64,000 nt of DNA from assembly GCA_965178125.1 (NCBI GenBank), contig OZ237752.1:1-64000 (forward strand), in the 5' to 3' direction. This document shows positions 11,401 to 25,069 of the stretch, piece after piece. Source of the stretch: Bilabrum cf. latius. Its lineage: Eukaryota. Numbering within the stretch: the first letter of the stretch is position 1; the number at the start of each line of letters is the position of its first letter. The translations under genes and the position numbers were made by a program. Below the pieces are notes generated by a model. That model worked only from the letters and a program-made list of their open reading frames with translations. It was not told where the DNA came from and searched no databases.

Positions 11401-13177
11401 AGTGATGTTTGGGCCGATAGTGGTATACTGATCGGATCAATTCCGAGTACGAGCTGAGCGAGACCAGCGCTCTCACTTAGGGGAATTCAGAAGAAGATAA
11501 AGGAAATAATTTTTACTTTTTATGGAATTGTTTCTTGTCTTGTTGGCCCCATTTCCTTCGGATATGGATGGGGCGGCATCGCGGCGGAGGCCGGGAGGTG
11601 AGGGGGGACCAGTAGTTGGCGGACAACAGAGGGGCCTACAGCTGAAGGGAGGGGTGCCAGGCGGATAAGGTTTACTCAGCGAGACAGGGCGTCTTAGGGG
11701 CGGGTAAGTGTGTGTGTGTCACTGCTGCCAGGTAGTGTGTGTAATATTCTCTTGGGAGGGGGGGCGGAGGCAGACCGCTCCTCCTCCCTCCGCACTCAGT
11801 ACCAGCATGAACCAGCCCTCTTTTCTGTTCATGTGGACCCCCTGACAACGGGGGGACCACGTGGCACCCACGCAGGATGGCGACGCAGATTCGGAGGGTA
11901 CCAACACTCATACCTAGCTACCAACATTTAAGCGTTGCGGAGGGCAACGGAACGGGGCCAGGGAAGCTGCGTGCGTCTAGCCATCTAGAACACGTGGATG
12001 AACTGGTGGTGGCCTTTGCCACCATCCCATTTCACCAACCAGATGAGGCTCCGTGGTCGCATCTGGTGCCGATGGCCACTGTTAGCAGGACCGTTGGTGG
12101 GTGGCTTGGGGGGCCAGGGACTTGGCTGAGTCAAGTAGGCGTGGGAGTAGGGGTGGGTGCGGTCAGTATGAGGTCCGTGCCTCATGTTGATCGCTGTAAA
12201 TCCGGCTATAGGTCGGAAGCAACCCACCCTCCCGGTTGCAACAGTGGGGACGGGTGTGAGGTGGCCACGCGTGAGGTGGTCATGAGACTGGGAGCAGAGG
12301 TGTGGTCCGTGCCGTAAAATCCCCCATGTGGAGCACCTCTGTTTTTCTGGAAGCACAAAGAACCGCGTTGCGGGCCCAGGAAACTTCTGTCCTTTGGATG
12401 GCTCCGTGGCCGAAGGGGGACAGAGTGACCTGCACAGCCGAGAGGAGAGCCTGAATCTCGGATCGACCCTGGGACAGTCGCACCGGCGACACCCACCGAG
12501 AGAGCGAGGCGAGATCCTGCACAGCGTACGCTGCAGTGGAGGACCACTGTGGTGCTGCAAGAGGCACGGCAACGTGCGGACAGCAGCCGGACCCCGTATC
12601 CTCACAGAGGGTAAGGCAATGGGAGCCTGAATAGGAGCGGACCGGGTGACGACTGTGCTGGGGCTGCGGTGAGCATACAGGACCGTGTCGAGCGTGGTGG
12701 GCTGGGCGGGATGTGCGAGCGGTGATGCCCTAACTCGATCGAGTTCAAGATTTTTTCTTCTTTTTGCGTGGTGGCGTCCCCTAGGTCGGGGCGGCGTGGG
12801 TGTTCCTTGCGGCGTTCGATGGGCGAACAGCCAAAAGGGGGGCCCAGTGTAGATCCCGTGGCCAGTGGCAGGTAGTCCCCATAGCGGCTTGAAAGGTCCG
12901 TGCCGCCTGCCCAGTGCCCGGGGAAGCACCAGCCAAAACCAAAGCGCCACGGAAGGAGGAGATTACGAGGAGCAGGTACTAGGTACGAGAGTGGAAGCTG
13001 AGGGCAGGACAAAGCGGCCAGCCGGGCCTAGGCGGCACGGAGACGGCCGTGCTAGCGACAGACGAGTGGGCGACGGTGGGTAGCGGCGCACGAGTGGCGC
13101 GTGGCGGGAGAGGGAGAGTGCTGGGGGAGCGAAGCATTGAGCGGTTGATCGACAGATCCACATTACCAACCATCACC
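11401..13177. mobile_element. Possible degenerate non-autonomous element with imperfect inverted ends
   Basis: The largest gene-free gap in the window. 11401-11478 aligns loosely, with gaps, to the reverse complement of 13111-13177. No recognisable transposase or RT. Confidence 0.25.
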
Positions 13178-13262
13178 AAACTGTTGCTCTGGCGCTAGTG
13201 CAGCGCACTGTAGGCAACCGGGACGAAGCGTCACGGATCCACAATTGCAATTGAAGCTTCTC

Positions 13263-14773
13263 ATGCGATCCCTTGTTGCAGCCCTTGCTATTGTTGCTGC
13301 AATTCCATCCCTGGCTCTTGACAATGGCCTGGCTAGGCTTCCCATGCTTGGTAAGCTCCTGCCCGCTGGCGCAAGATCAAGCTGTTTTTCCTAGCCATGA
13401 TATACCCACGGCTCTAGCTTGCCGTATTCGCAGGATGGTCTAGCTGGAATGCATTCGGCTGTACAGAAGCTATGAATGAAACTAGCATTAAAAAAGTCGC
13501 CGATTTTATGGCTTCAGAGGGACTCCTCGCAAGCGGCTACAAGCTGATCGCGCTTGACGACTGCATGGTTTCAAGGGACCGTGACGCCTCTGGTAACCTA
13601 GTTGCGGATCCTAAACGTTTCCCTTCAGGCTTTGAATCGTTGTCGTCCTACCTTACGAGCCGCGGCTTCCTGTTTGGTGTTTACAGCGACCGTGGCAGTT
13701 TGACATGTGCTGGTAGGGCCGGTGGGTATAACCACTGGGAGCAGGACGCAGCCACATACAAATCATGGAATGTATCTTGGCTGAAATGGGACAGCTGCCA
13801 CGACCCTGATCAGTACCAGGACAACACGCTGTACCTGAACGAGCAGATGACCAAGGCGCTCAATGCAACCGGGCACCCCATTTGGTTCTACATGTGAGGA
13901 AAAATGGGCTCCAGCCATCGTTAAAGCATTGCACTGTATCACTAGTCCATCTCGATATCTATTGATGCCCTGCCACCCCGCAGCAAACAAGATCTGCGCC
14001 CTGGAGGGTTCGCAGGCATGGCGCGGATCAGCAACAGCCATCGTGTGGCCAACGACATCAAGCCTTTGCCCTCGGACACGGGGCGCCTGGCCGATGCGCT
14101 GGCCCCCATCCAGCGGTGGTCAGGCCCCGGGTCGTTCAATGACGCGGACAGCCTGGAAGTGGGCTCCCCCAAGGCTGCTGGCAGCAAGTACCCGGGGCTC
14201 ACCCCCATGGAGCAGAAGGTGCAGATGCAGCTCTTCTCCATCGCGTCCGTCCCCCTGATCGCCGGGTTCGATTTCACCATCACCCCCGAGGAGCTCACCA
14301 TTCTGAAGAACAAGAACGCCATCGCGGTCAACCAGGATCCGCTGGGCGTGCCCGGGGAGCGGCTGCACGCCTCCCGCACTGGCCTCGGGGAGGTCTGGGC
14401 CAAGCCAATGGCGGACGGCTCCTTCGCCGCCATGCTGTGGAACAGGAACAACACGTATGGCCACTACACGCGCATCATGGGCATCTACCTGAATTTCGCT
14501 GAGCTGGGATTCGAGGGGGAGGCGGACGTCTACGACATGTGGGCGGATCCGCCGGTGCACCTGGGCTCGTACAACGGCGTCATCGGGAACCAGACTCTGG
14601 CCCCTCAGGACTCGATGTTCCTCAAGGTGGTGCCTGCCAAGGGCAAGAGCTCGCTGACCGGCACTGGGTTCTGGGGCCAGCGCGCCACCTCAACCCCCGA
14701 CTGCGAGTCGGCTGGGTTCCACTCCCATTTCTGGTGCGACGAGCAGCTGCAGAGCAGGCATTCGTCGCAATGA
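13263..14773 (+). CDS. Secreted GH27 alpha-galactosidase
   Basis: Signal peptide followed by LDNGLARLPMLGWSSWNAFG, LDDC, ADPKRFPSG, FGVYSDRG, LKWDSC, AVNQDPLG. Introns 13351-13433 and 13894-13983. Ends TGA. Confidence 0.95.
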
Positions 14774-14978
14774 AGCGCGATCCCACGTTATCTGCACGGA
14801 TGGCCAGGCGCTGCCCCGAAGCAGTGGATTATTGGTCGTGCTGAGCGGGATACGTTTGTTGCAGCAGGTTCACGGCGCAGAACCGGGTCGCTGATTGGTA
14901 TTCGTAATCATCGATTCGAGTCTGTGCCCCTCCAAGCAATCAACCGTTCATTCACTCACGCGGCGTAGCAGACCGGGA

Positions 14979-17900
14979 TCAGCCCCGCGAGGACCCCTGC
15001 TTCCCGCCGCGTCTGCCGCCGCGATATCCACCGCCGCCCCCACGCCCGCCGCCCCACCCGCTCGCGCGCCCCTGCCTGCGCCTGCCCCCGCCCTGCCGCC
15101 CGCCGAAGCGCCCGCCGCTCTTGCCGCCCCACCGGTTGCCATCGCCCGCCCGATCCCCAGCAGCATCACCCGCGGCCCCCTCTCCGTCCTCGCCGTCCAG
15201 CTCGGCCTCTTGCGCGCGCCCCCTGGCCCGCGCGCTCAGGGCCCACTCGGCGTCCCGGAGGCCGTACCTGACGGACCTCACCGCGGCCAGCCCCGCCTCT
15301 GCCACCTTGGAGGCAGGTGCCTTGCGGAGGGCGAGCACAGGGCCGCTCCCCCGCACCTTTCCATCCGCTGAGGTCTTGCTCTCTCCTCCAGCGTCATCGC
15401 CCGCCTCCTCCGACTCGCCCTCCCCGCGCTCCGCCCAACTCGCCTCCACGCGGCCCGTCGCCACCATGCGGCTGGCAGCCGCAAATGCCTCAGCCTCGCT
15501 CAGCCCGAACCTCCTGGCCAGCGCCTCGGCCCCGATGTCCCGGAAGCAGCCCCCGCGCGCCACCAGCACGCACTCCATCGCGGCGCGCTTGACAGCCCGT
15601 GCCAGCCTGCGCTTGACTGCCAGAGCCGCCGATGGGCCTGACCTCCTGGCCATGCAGTCCCACCCGGGGGCCTGCAGCACCAGCTGCAGCGCCTTGCGCC
15701 AGCCGCCGTCCAGCAGCGACACGCCGGCGGTAGCCGCCAGCTCCATGGTGGACGAGGGCGGCAGCTGCCACGAGTGCTCGCCGGCCCCCTGCCTGCCCCC
15801 GCGCTGAGTGGAGGACCCCGCCGCAGTGCCGGCCAGCACCTTCTGCTTCTCGCACACGGTGGCAGGAGAGGCTGCCACAGCGCCCGCCCCGCCTGCCCTC
15901 GACACGGCCGCGCTGGTGCGGGCCGAGCCGCCGTCCGCCTCCCCGTCGTCGCCCAGCAGGGCAGCCGCGCCTGCCGCCGCCACTGAGGCAGCCACGTTGG
16001 GGGTGCCCTGCCCGCCGCTGCCGGCAGTGCTCGAGCCGACCTCGGCAGCAGCCGCCGCCGCAGCCTCGGCCTCCGCAGCCGCGGTACCCTGTCCGGCTAG
16101 CCTGGCGCTGCCCCTCCAGTCCGCCACGCAGGCCCGCAGGCGGTTCAGGAAGGCGCGGGTGCGATCGTCCGACCGCCCGCCGGTGCCGACTCGCGCGCGG
16201 CGGGGCGTCTCCACGACCATGGCCGAGAAGTGCAGCGCCGCCTCCACCTCCTGGTCGGGCAGCCAGCGGTGCGCAGGCACCAGCCTCCTCCGCTCCTCCC
16301 ACAGGTCTCTGCGGGCCCTGGCCAGCGCCTGCTTGTCCGTGATGTCCCTAGTGCGGTCCCTGCCCACGGCCTGCCCCACCAGGGGCCAGAACCGGTGCCC
16401 GTGCTCGAACCCACGGAAGTGGTCCAGCGCCCGCTGCCACTCGCCCCGCTTGAAGGCAGCCAGCCCGAGGGCAACCTGCGCGCGGTTGTTCAGCACCTGC
16501 ACCTCTGCATCCGCCGACTCGAGCTCGTGGGCCTCCAGGGGGCGGCTCCCCGCCCGCAGCGCCAGAGCCTCCCCCAGGCTGCCGTCCATCGCCAGACAGA
16601 AGACCTTGAAGAGCAGGCAGCGGCGCACGAGGTCGGTCGTCCACGACTCGCGGGCCGCCCCACCCCAGGATCCCGCGCCGGACGCCGCTCCCCCCGCGGC
16701 GTCTGCCGCCCCCTCACCCGCGCCGCTGGTTACCGCCCGCTCCTCGGCTGCCCCGATGGCGCAGTGCCGCAGCACTGCCGAGGTGAGTGAGTCCACGGCC
16801 GCGGTGGTGGCAGAGGCCCTGGCCTTGGCGGCCACTGGCAGCGGCAGCCCGGCGGTCTCGTTGCTCTGCAGGGAGGCCAGCAGGTAGGCGGCCGATGCAC
16901 GCAGCATGTCGGCGCCCACCGCGTCGCTGGCGCGGGCCTCGAAGGGCGCCACCCACGCGCCGGGAGGCAGCCGCATGCCGCCGGATGGGGCGGCCCCCTC
17001 AGTGGCCTGGGCAAACGCCGCCTCAAACAGGGGCCGCGCCCCCGCCGAGAGTCCCGCCGCCACTTCCATGTCCACACCAAGGGTGGGGCCGTCCGCCGGG
17101 CCCCCCGGGGTGGGTGCGGCTCCCAGCACGGAGCCCGCCTCCCGCACGGCGGACAGGGCCAGGGTCACCAACGAGGAGGGCGCGGCAACGGAGGCGGCTC
17201 CCAGGATGGCGTCATCGCTGGCCACCCCGTCCGCGGCCAGCACGGCGCGCAGTGGGGACAGGGGACCCACCAGGCGGGCTGGCACCAGCCGGGCCCCAGC
17301 AGATCCGGCGGCACTCCCGTGGAAGTCGATCGCCTGGCTGGCCGTCTGCTTGGCCGACTTGAGCGCGGTCTCTGCGGATGCCCCGCCCATCACAGCGGCC
17401 ATCACCGCCAGAGGCGAAGCTGCCCCGGCGGCCGCACCCGTCCAGCCCGCCTCGTCCGCCCCCGCGAGCATCTGCTGCACCCACTCGAGACGGAAGGCGG
17501 GCAGCTCGTTGGCCCGGGCCCGCGCCACGGCCTCCGCCGCTGCTCCCGTCAGCCCGTGCCAGACCTCGGCCGACTTGGCCAGGAGCCTGGCGGCCCCCTT
17601 GGCATCTCCGCACCTGGCGCTCCATGCCGCAGCCCGCTCCCACAGCGCCGTCATCCAGAGGCACTCATCGCGCACCCGCTGGGCAAAGTCTCCGCTCGTC
17701 GCGTCCGGGGAGCGAGTGGCCCGCGGCATCGCCTCAACCTCCGTGGCGCTGGCGACCGCCCTCGGAGCCAGGTCCACGCCCAGCTCCTGGTCCGAGGGAC
17801 CCAGCTGGCGCAGCTTGCGCGTGATGGCAGAGGAAAAGGCGCCCGCGGTTGAGGACGCGGGCTTGGGCGCGGCCGCAGTCGGCGTCGCGTCGTCGCCGTC

Positions 17901-20289
17901 CTCCTTGAGGTCGTCCTCGAGGCCCGCCAGCGGGTCCTCCTCGTCCTCATCCTCGTCGCCGGCCTTGCTCTCCTCAGCGCCGGAACCCCCTTTGCTTCCT
18001 GCAGCAGACCCCGCCAGCAGCGCCCTGACCCTGCGCCTCCACTCCATCGCGGCAGCCTCCGACTTGGTCTAGTCGCCCTGCCCAGTGGCAAAGGCGGCCG
18101 GCCCCGGGGGCACGCCCCGCTCCATGGCCGCCTGCTGCGCGCCAGCCTCCCCCCAGGCAGCCTGCTGGTTGAGGCTTGCATACGTCAGGTTGGACAGCGC
18201 CACGTGCAGCGTGCTGCCGATGTCCTGCACCACCGCAGGCACCCGGGCCTGCGACCGCAGCAGCGGGGGCGCGGGCGCATCGGCGGCCCCTGACGCCAGG
18301 GCCTGCAGGCTCCGGAGGTCACTGGCCCGCCCCACGGCAGGCACACGCGCAGCCAGGTCGCTCCGCACCACCGCCACCTTGCGCCTGTCCGTGGACGCCT
18401 CCTCGTCCTTGGTCTCTGGGGACAAGAAAGCCTCCCGCGTGACGCGGACGGCCCCCTCACTGGCCGCCGCCGCTTCCCTACGGGACGCCGAGAGCCCGTC
18501 CCTCAGCTGCTTGACGTCCTGCTCGGCCGCCTCGAGGCTGGCCTTGGACGAGGCCAGCGCGTCCTTGCCCGCGTCCACGTCGTCCTCGTCGGCACCGGAG
18601 GCCTTGAGCTCCGCCAGCCGCTCCTCGTCCTGCTGCACCTGCTGCCGGGCGCGCCGGGCCTTGCGTTCTGCCGCCTCCAGCTGCCTCGCCACGTCGGCGC
18701 TCACGCCCTCGGCCTTGCGCCAGGCCCGGACCGACTCCACCAGCCGCTGCCTGTCGGCCGCGTCCACGCGCAGGGCCACCATGCGGGCGGGGCCCGAGGC
18801 GGGGCTTGCGGCGGCCTTGCCCACGGCTGCCAGGCCCCCCTTGACGGCCTCTCCCAGCGGGGGCAGGTCCCTCTGGGCGCGCCTCAGCTCGCCCTCCTCC
18901 AGCAGATCCATCGCAGTCCACGTCTCGTGCCAGCTGTGCCACCACTCGCGCCGGGAGAGCATGCGATTCGTCTGCCGGGCGGCGTCCAGCCTGCACCGGG
19001 GCACCAGCAGCCACAGGCGGGCCAGCTCCTCGGCGGTCAGCGCGCTAGCGTCCTCCCGCGCGGCGCCCACCTCCTCGCCGGGCGAGTACAGGTCCAGCGA
19101 GGCCCTCACGGCCGCCTCCTGCACCCCCTCCAGCCGATCCCTGCGCTCGTCCTCGGCCTGGGGCATGGCCTCGCACTCGCGGGCCAGGGCCAGCCAGTAG
19201 TCCGAGACCGCAAACCGCCGCATGGCCGTCAGCGGCCCGCTTTCCACATCGTCCCTGTTCTTGGGGGCCACCTTCTGCAGGCGCTTCTCCGTCTTGCGGC
19301 CCCCGCTGGCCAGCCTGGTGAGCACCTCCTGCAGCTTTTCCCTCGCGTCCGAGGGGAGCTCATCCACAATGCCCGCGGGCAGCAGGTCAAGCTTGACGAA
19401 CTTCCAGCGGCCGTGCAGCGCCTTGCGCACCTCCTCCTCGGGGCCCGCCTCCTCGTCCTCAAAGTCGTTCGGCTCGGACTCCAGGCTGTCGTCCGTGTCG
19501 GCAACATCCGATCCCGACCCGGATCCGCTCCCGCTGCCGTCGGTTGTCTCCGAGTCGGTGTCCGAGTCCGAGTCCGAATCGTCGTCCGAGGAGCTGTCGT
19601 CGTCGCTGTCCGTGGACCCGAAGTCGGACGAGTCCCCGTCGTCGCCACCCGCCCCGCTGCCCCCTGCTTTCTGCAGCTCCGCCACCTCGTCCGCCCTGGC
19701 CGCCTCGAAGGCCTCCCGGTCCTCCTGGAACTCGGCGAGCGCGGCGGACAGGTGCGCCGCGGCGAACTCGTCGTCGTCGGGGGCGTCCTTCTTCGTAATG
19801 CGCTTAAACGCAGCCCTCATGCGGACGAAACTCGTGGCGTTCGTCCTGGACATGCGCTTCTGCACTGCCTTGGTCGTAGTCTTGGCAATGTCATGGATCT
19901 GGGCCAGGAGCTGCACCAGGCTGAGGGGCACCTTCGTGGCATTCTGCGTGACCGCCGCTGCGTAGCCTCTTGTCGAAAACTCTCTCTTGATTTCCTCAAA
20001 AACGCCCTCGGCGCGGGCGTAGTCGCCAATCTGAAGGGCTTGCGCCATGGATCTGCATTGCTTCTGCGGCATCCAGAGTGGTACAGAGAGGCACTTCAAC
20101 GAAACAATGCAGCCGCGGCGGACAGTTGCAATATAAAAGTGTGTTCACTATGAATCGCCTGAATGTATGATGCGACAAGACGTGAGCGCGATATGCCGGA
20201 AATGACGTTCTTGGAATGCCACAACTCACCGCCAGTGAGAGGCGCTGCCGGTCAAGAGCAGCCCCAGTAGGAAGTCCTACCGCTGCCAT
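14979..20289 (-). CDS. EIF3C: Divergent eIF3 subunit c-like protein (about 1700 aa)
   Basis: N-terminal KRMSRTNATSFVRMR resembles the eIF3c KKMSKNNAKAL-type motif. QVLNNRAQVALGLAAF...LVGQ...EERRRLVPAH...SAMVVETP matches the eIF3c pre-PCI block. Intron 20064-20229. TAG at 18069-18071 joins the two long ORFs. Ends TGA. Confidence 0.75.
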
Positions 20290-20905
20290 ATTTGTTTCTA
20301 GTCTACCTGCTATGAATATGAATGCAACGTTACGCTCATGTCTTGTGGTTGAAGCACAGGGACCGGACAGAGTACAATTGGGACAAGTGCATTCGAAGTA
20401 CCAGTGGCTGGTTTGATATGATACGCCATTTCATTCCCGATCCGACCATATCAGCGCATGGATACGTGAACATATCACAATATGGCAGCCGCTCACCTCG
20501 ATACCTTCACTACACTTGGCTGAGAAGCGCGAGTTACACGAGCCGAAGAATGCCTGGTCCAAGAAGTAGCGTGTTGTTTAGCAGTATGACGAGTGTCGGA
20601 GTCCAACAGCAAAGCTGGCGGAAAATTGGAAATAGGGCCCATTTGGAACATAGATACATACATCAAAGGGTCACATTTTAGGATCATTACTAGAAACAAT
20701 ATAGTCCTGGGTTGTGGGGCTGGATTAGTGATCAATAATTGTCCGGATAGGTGATCTTTGATCGCTGGCCAGTTGCTGCAGATCATCACTGGTACAGGGC
20801 AATTGAAGCGCAGCCACCGATTGTGGAGGTGATATAGTGCAGCAGGTAATTAAATTTGCATTTTTGGGTGCACACGAATTCGATAGCGAAGTATCTTGGT
20901 CCCAG

Positions 20906-23900
20906 ATGATGAAACCTGCGAGGTCGGCGCGTGGTAGAAGGGCACCTGGCGCTGGGCGAACCAGTAGAAGGTCCGAACGAAGCCGGCGATTCGTTGACCT
21001 GGATGATAATCCTGCTTTTGTTGTTGCTGGTAAGCCGAAACGATCTAGAGTGTCGAAACGAGCGCGCATACCATCGGGCACTGACCAGCCGGCACCTGTT
21101 GGGCAACCCGAGCGTGCCGAGAAACGTGCTTTGAACAGCGCATCGCAAGGCCCTAGAGCTGTAACTCGAAATGAGTCCGCGAGAGCTAGCCGCGGAGACA
21201 CAGTACGAGAGTGGGATGGCGTGTCCCTTCGCGGAGAGCAGCCAGAGGCTGTGCATCGATCGCTCGGCAATGGAAGTGCTCGCGGCCCAGGGTCTGGCCG
21301 CAGAAAGCTCGAGATCCCGAGGCAGCCACTTGATAGTTCTCAGCGTCAAGGCAATGGACGATCAGTGTCTTCGACGCGGCCCAGGCGGGCGGGCAGGGCT
21401 GCCCCCGGGGGCCGGAGGGATGCGACGCTTGCCGCGGGAGGTGCGGGCAGTGCCAGTGCCAGTGCTAGAGGCTACTAGTAGAGAGGGAGAAGCAGAGGGG
21501 CTCGGCCCACCTCTGCCGCACCTGCACGCCCTCCGCTTCCTCCACACATGAGCCCAGAGGGCAGTGGCAGCGACAGACATGCCTATAGGCGGCCGCCCCG
21601 GGCCGCTGCATCAGCCCACCAGCGCGCATCAGCTTCCTCAGCCTTTGGGTAGCGACACCCTGGCGCGGACCGCATGCACCCCAGTGGCGCGTCTCTATCA
21701 GCTGCTGGACAACCTGCACGCAGGCCAGCGGGGCGCGCTGCCTCGGCGCCTCGTGTCAGGCGCAGGCTCTTCAATTCGCAATACACGAACGGCGGATCCG
21801 CATCGACTTATAGTTCGCGAAGAGCGGCCCATGCACGGCTTGATCCAGGGCCAATGGACCCATTTACACGTCTTGGAGATGCCCCGGTGCCCAGTTCGTA
21901 TGACGAGCAGGGCCACTTTGAGGCAGACAGTGAAGCAGGCAGCGTATCGCTCCTCCAGGAAACCGCCGAGTCCAGCGCGGGCCCCACTGCAGAGCTACCA
22001 GAGGCTACGTCCCTGAGGCTGCGAGCGCGGCTGTGGGCCAGGCACCGCACCCCTGCTAAGCAGCTGCTGCCTCCCGCGGACCCCTCGCAGCCAGCGATGG
22101 ACCCATACCTCCATCACCTGCAGCACGCGTTGCCGAGGGACGGCGAAGGCGGCACACAGCGACCGAAGATGGCCCGTGGGGTCTCGTTGCTGGCAGGTTT
22201 TGGATCCCCTACAGCAGCTTCCAGGGGCCCCGAGCCTCGCCGCGTCGCGCCCGTGCAGCCCCCTGCCTTGCCCTAGTCCTCCAGGCCCTCCTCTGGGCAG
22301 AGGTCCATGCTGCACGCTCTCACTGCATCGGCCGCGCAGAGGGCAGTGCAGGGGACCGGCAGTGATGCCAGAACAGGCAGCGGGGACCGTAGCAGCCAAG
22401 TGGTGGCAGGGGGACACTCCTCTGTATCCGCATACTCTGCGTCCATGCGAGCCCCGCCGTCGGCGCAAGGAGTGCTGGTGTCCTCGTCGATGAGCGGCGA
22501 GCAGGCACAGGCAGCGCTGCGTGCAGGGGCCGGGGCTGGGGCTGGGGCTGGGGCTGGAGCCGAAGGAAGCCAGCCACAGGGCAATGGCGCGGCCACTGCC
22601 ACATCGGGCAGGAGGGACTGGGCCAGCATCCTTGGCCTGGTGCCACCCGATCCCGCGGGACCCGCGCTTGCCCCCGCCCGACCTGCAGCCCAGCTAGCCA
22701 GCCCGCCTGCCAACGACGCACCCGTGGACGCGGCCCCAAGCTAGCTGCCTTAGGAAGCGAGGCAGTGGCTCCACACGGACGGCGGACACATGCCTCGGGA
22801 ATCGCTCGAGCCCCGTGACGCAAGTGCTCTGGCGCAGCCGGCGCCTGCAGCGCTCCCCACCGACTCGGTCAGGCCGGCTCCGGACGGTATCGCACAGCCA
22901 GCTGTGAAAGACGGTGGAAGAGCAGAGCCCTCCAGCCAGGCCAACACCCCCACGAGCGGGTCTTCAGCCGACAGCGGAGTCGCACCGTCTGCCCTTGGGC
23001 AGGTGACCCGTTCCATAGCATAGGCACCGCGTCCATCGGAGCTGGCGGCGTCCTCAGCGCAGGCCAGCACTGCCTCGGCCAGGAGTGGCGGAACGACCGT
23101 GGCATCGTCTCGAGGCAGCAGCAGGCCGCACACGCCACCAAAACCTGGGATGCCCGATGAGGTCACCGAGTCAAGCGCGGCCAGCCCGCACGATGCGGAC
23201 AAAGAGGAGCTGGATGTGTCCGTGCTGGCTCTGCTGCAGAAACCGCTGGCTTCCTTGTCGGAAGAATAGGTGCAGACGCTCGTGCATAGTGGCATGTTGA
23301 CGGGCGAGATGGCTGCTGTGCTGCAGCGCGTTCATGGCGCCAGCCAGGCGAGGGTTAGGCACAGCCCTGCCACCGCCCATGCAAGCCGTATGTCGCCGGC
23401 CCCGAGCGTGGCATCTACCGCCAAGTACGCGAGTCCCTTGCCCCCGGCTAGTCCTGTGCCCGCTGCTGCTGCTGCTACTGGGAGCACCACCACGACGATT
23501 CCCGTCCCCCATACCACTGCTGCGGATGCCGCTGCCCGCGCTATGGGTGTGCAGCTGCCGCACACTAGCCCGGATCGGGACCGCGTGCCTCTTGACAATA
23601 GGCCCGATGCAGGGGGGGGCAGATCGAACGCTCATAGTGCCGCCAGTTCAAGCCATTCGCAGCTTACTGCGCGCAGCACGCCGGGCAGCACTGGATCGGG
23701 CCGCAGGTCGCTCCCCTCCCCTAGACGGCAGCCCCCCCCGCTGCCTGCAGAGGCGAAAAGGGCGCAGGCCAAGAACGGCACCACGAGGGCGGCAGCTCCA
23801 CTGTCAGACGAAGGCACTGCATCTCGGGGACATGGTGGCAATCAAGCTGGAAGAGCACCTGTGGCGCTCGAATCGCAGGCTAGCGACCTTTCGCAGTAGT

Positions 23901-25069
23901 CCCCAGCCGCGATGGAGGGTGACACCAGCGGGCCTTAGCCAGTGCCCCACAAGCCGAGCCGTGTGCGGGTGCTGGATCTCGCCGGGGAGTCCACTCGGGG
24001 ATACTACCCGCAGTAGCCGGGCAAGCCCAACCAGGATTCCTATCTGCTACTGGCTGTGCCCTCGACTGGAGCGGAGGGCGGAGATGATTCTGGGGAGCCC
24101 ATTGCTACCGCTGCCGGTGGGAAGGGCGGAGGAGCTGCTGCCACCTTTTTGCTGGCGGTGTTCGACGGGCACGGCGAGTTTGGGCACTCGGTCAGCCAGG
24201 CCATCAAGGAGTCTTTCAGGGAGCAGCTCATGGGGGACACGCGGGTGCTGTCAGCAGCCAGAAGTGCGGCTGCGGTCGCGGGCGATGAAGCGGGGTATGA
24301 CTGGAGCGGGGTTGAGGGGGCCATGCAGGAGGCCCTGCAGGACGCCGAGAGCGCGCTGGTCGACAGCGGGGAGGTGGACTGCTCGCTGAGCGGGTGCACC
24401 GCCGTGGCTTGCCTGGTGCAGGGCTGCCGGGTGGTGGTTATGAATGTGGGGGACAGCAGGGCCGTCGTGTGCGTGGCAGGACTCGAGTCGCAGAGCTAGG
24501 GCCAAGGTGGGGAGGACGAAGATGGGCAGGCCAGCGGCGGGGCGCGCGGACAGGAGGACGAAGGGCAAGGGGGGCAGTCCAAAGTCCCTGTCCTGCGGCC
24601 TGACAGGCTGTCCCGGGACCACAAGCCCACAGAGAGGGACGAGACGCGGCGCATCCTCATCGCTGGCGGTGAGCTGCGGGCCATCCAGTACGATGACGGC
24701 GAGGAGGGCCCCGTGAGGGTCTGGGTAAGGGGGCAGGACGTTCCTGGTCTGGCCATGAGCCGATCTGTGTGCGACCTGGTGGGCAAACAGGCGGGCGTGA
24801 CCTCGGCACCGGAGTTCACCCGGCGCACGATCGGTGCGGCAGACGCCTTCTTGGTGGTGGGGAGCGACGGCCTCTTCGAGTTCATCGAGGACGACGAGGT
24901 GTGCGGTGCACTGCTGGCCACGCACGCGGACTGCCATGCGCAGGGGCGGCCGGAGGAGCATCTCGACGTGGCGCTGGAGGAGCTGCGGGAGGAGGCGAGG
25001 GCCAGGTGGGTGGAGCGGGAGGGTTGCATCGATGACTGCACCATCCTGCTGGCCAAACTCGGCTACTGA
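20906..25069 (+). CDS. PP2C (PPM) phosphatase with a long low-complexity N-terminus (about 1387 aa)
   Basis: GYYP..PGKPNQDS, VFDGHG, SGCTA, NVGDSRA, LSRDHKP, PGLAMSRS, GSDGLFEF, DDCT. One frame over 4.16 kb interrupted only by 12 TAGs. Ends TGA. Start codon is approximate. Confidence 0.88.

Noticed and set aside
20322-20760. Short ORF and an IVLGCGAG methyltransferase-like word between eIF3c and PP2C
   Set aside because: Closed by TAA/TGA with no further motifs; probably promoter or UTR sequence.
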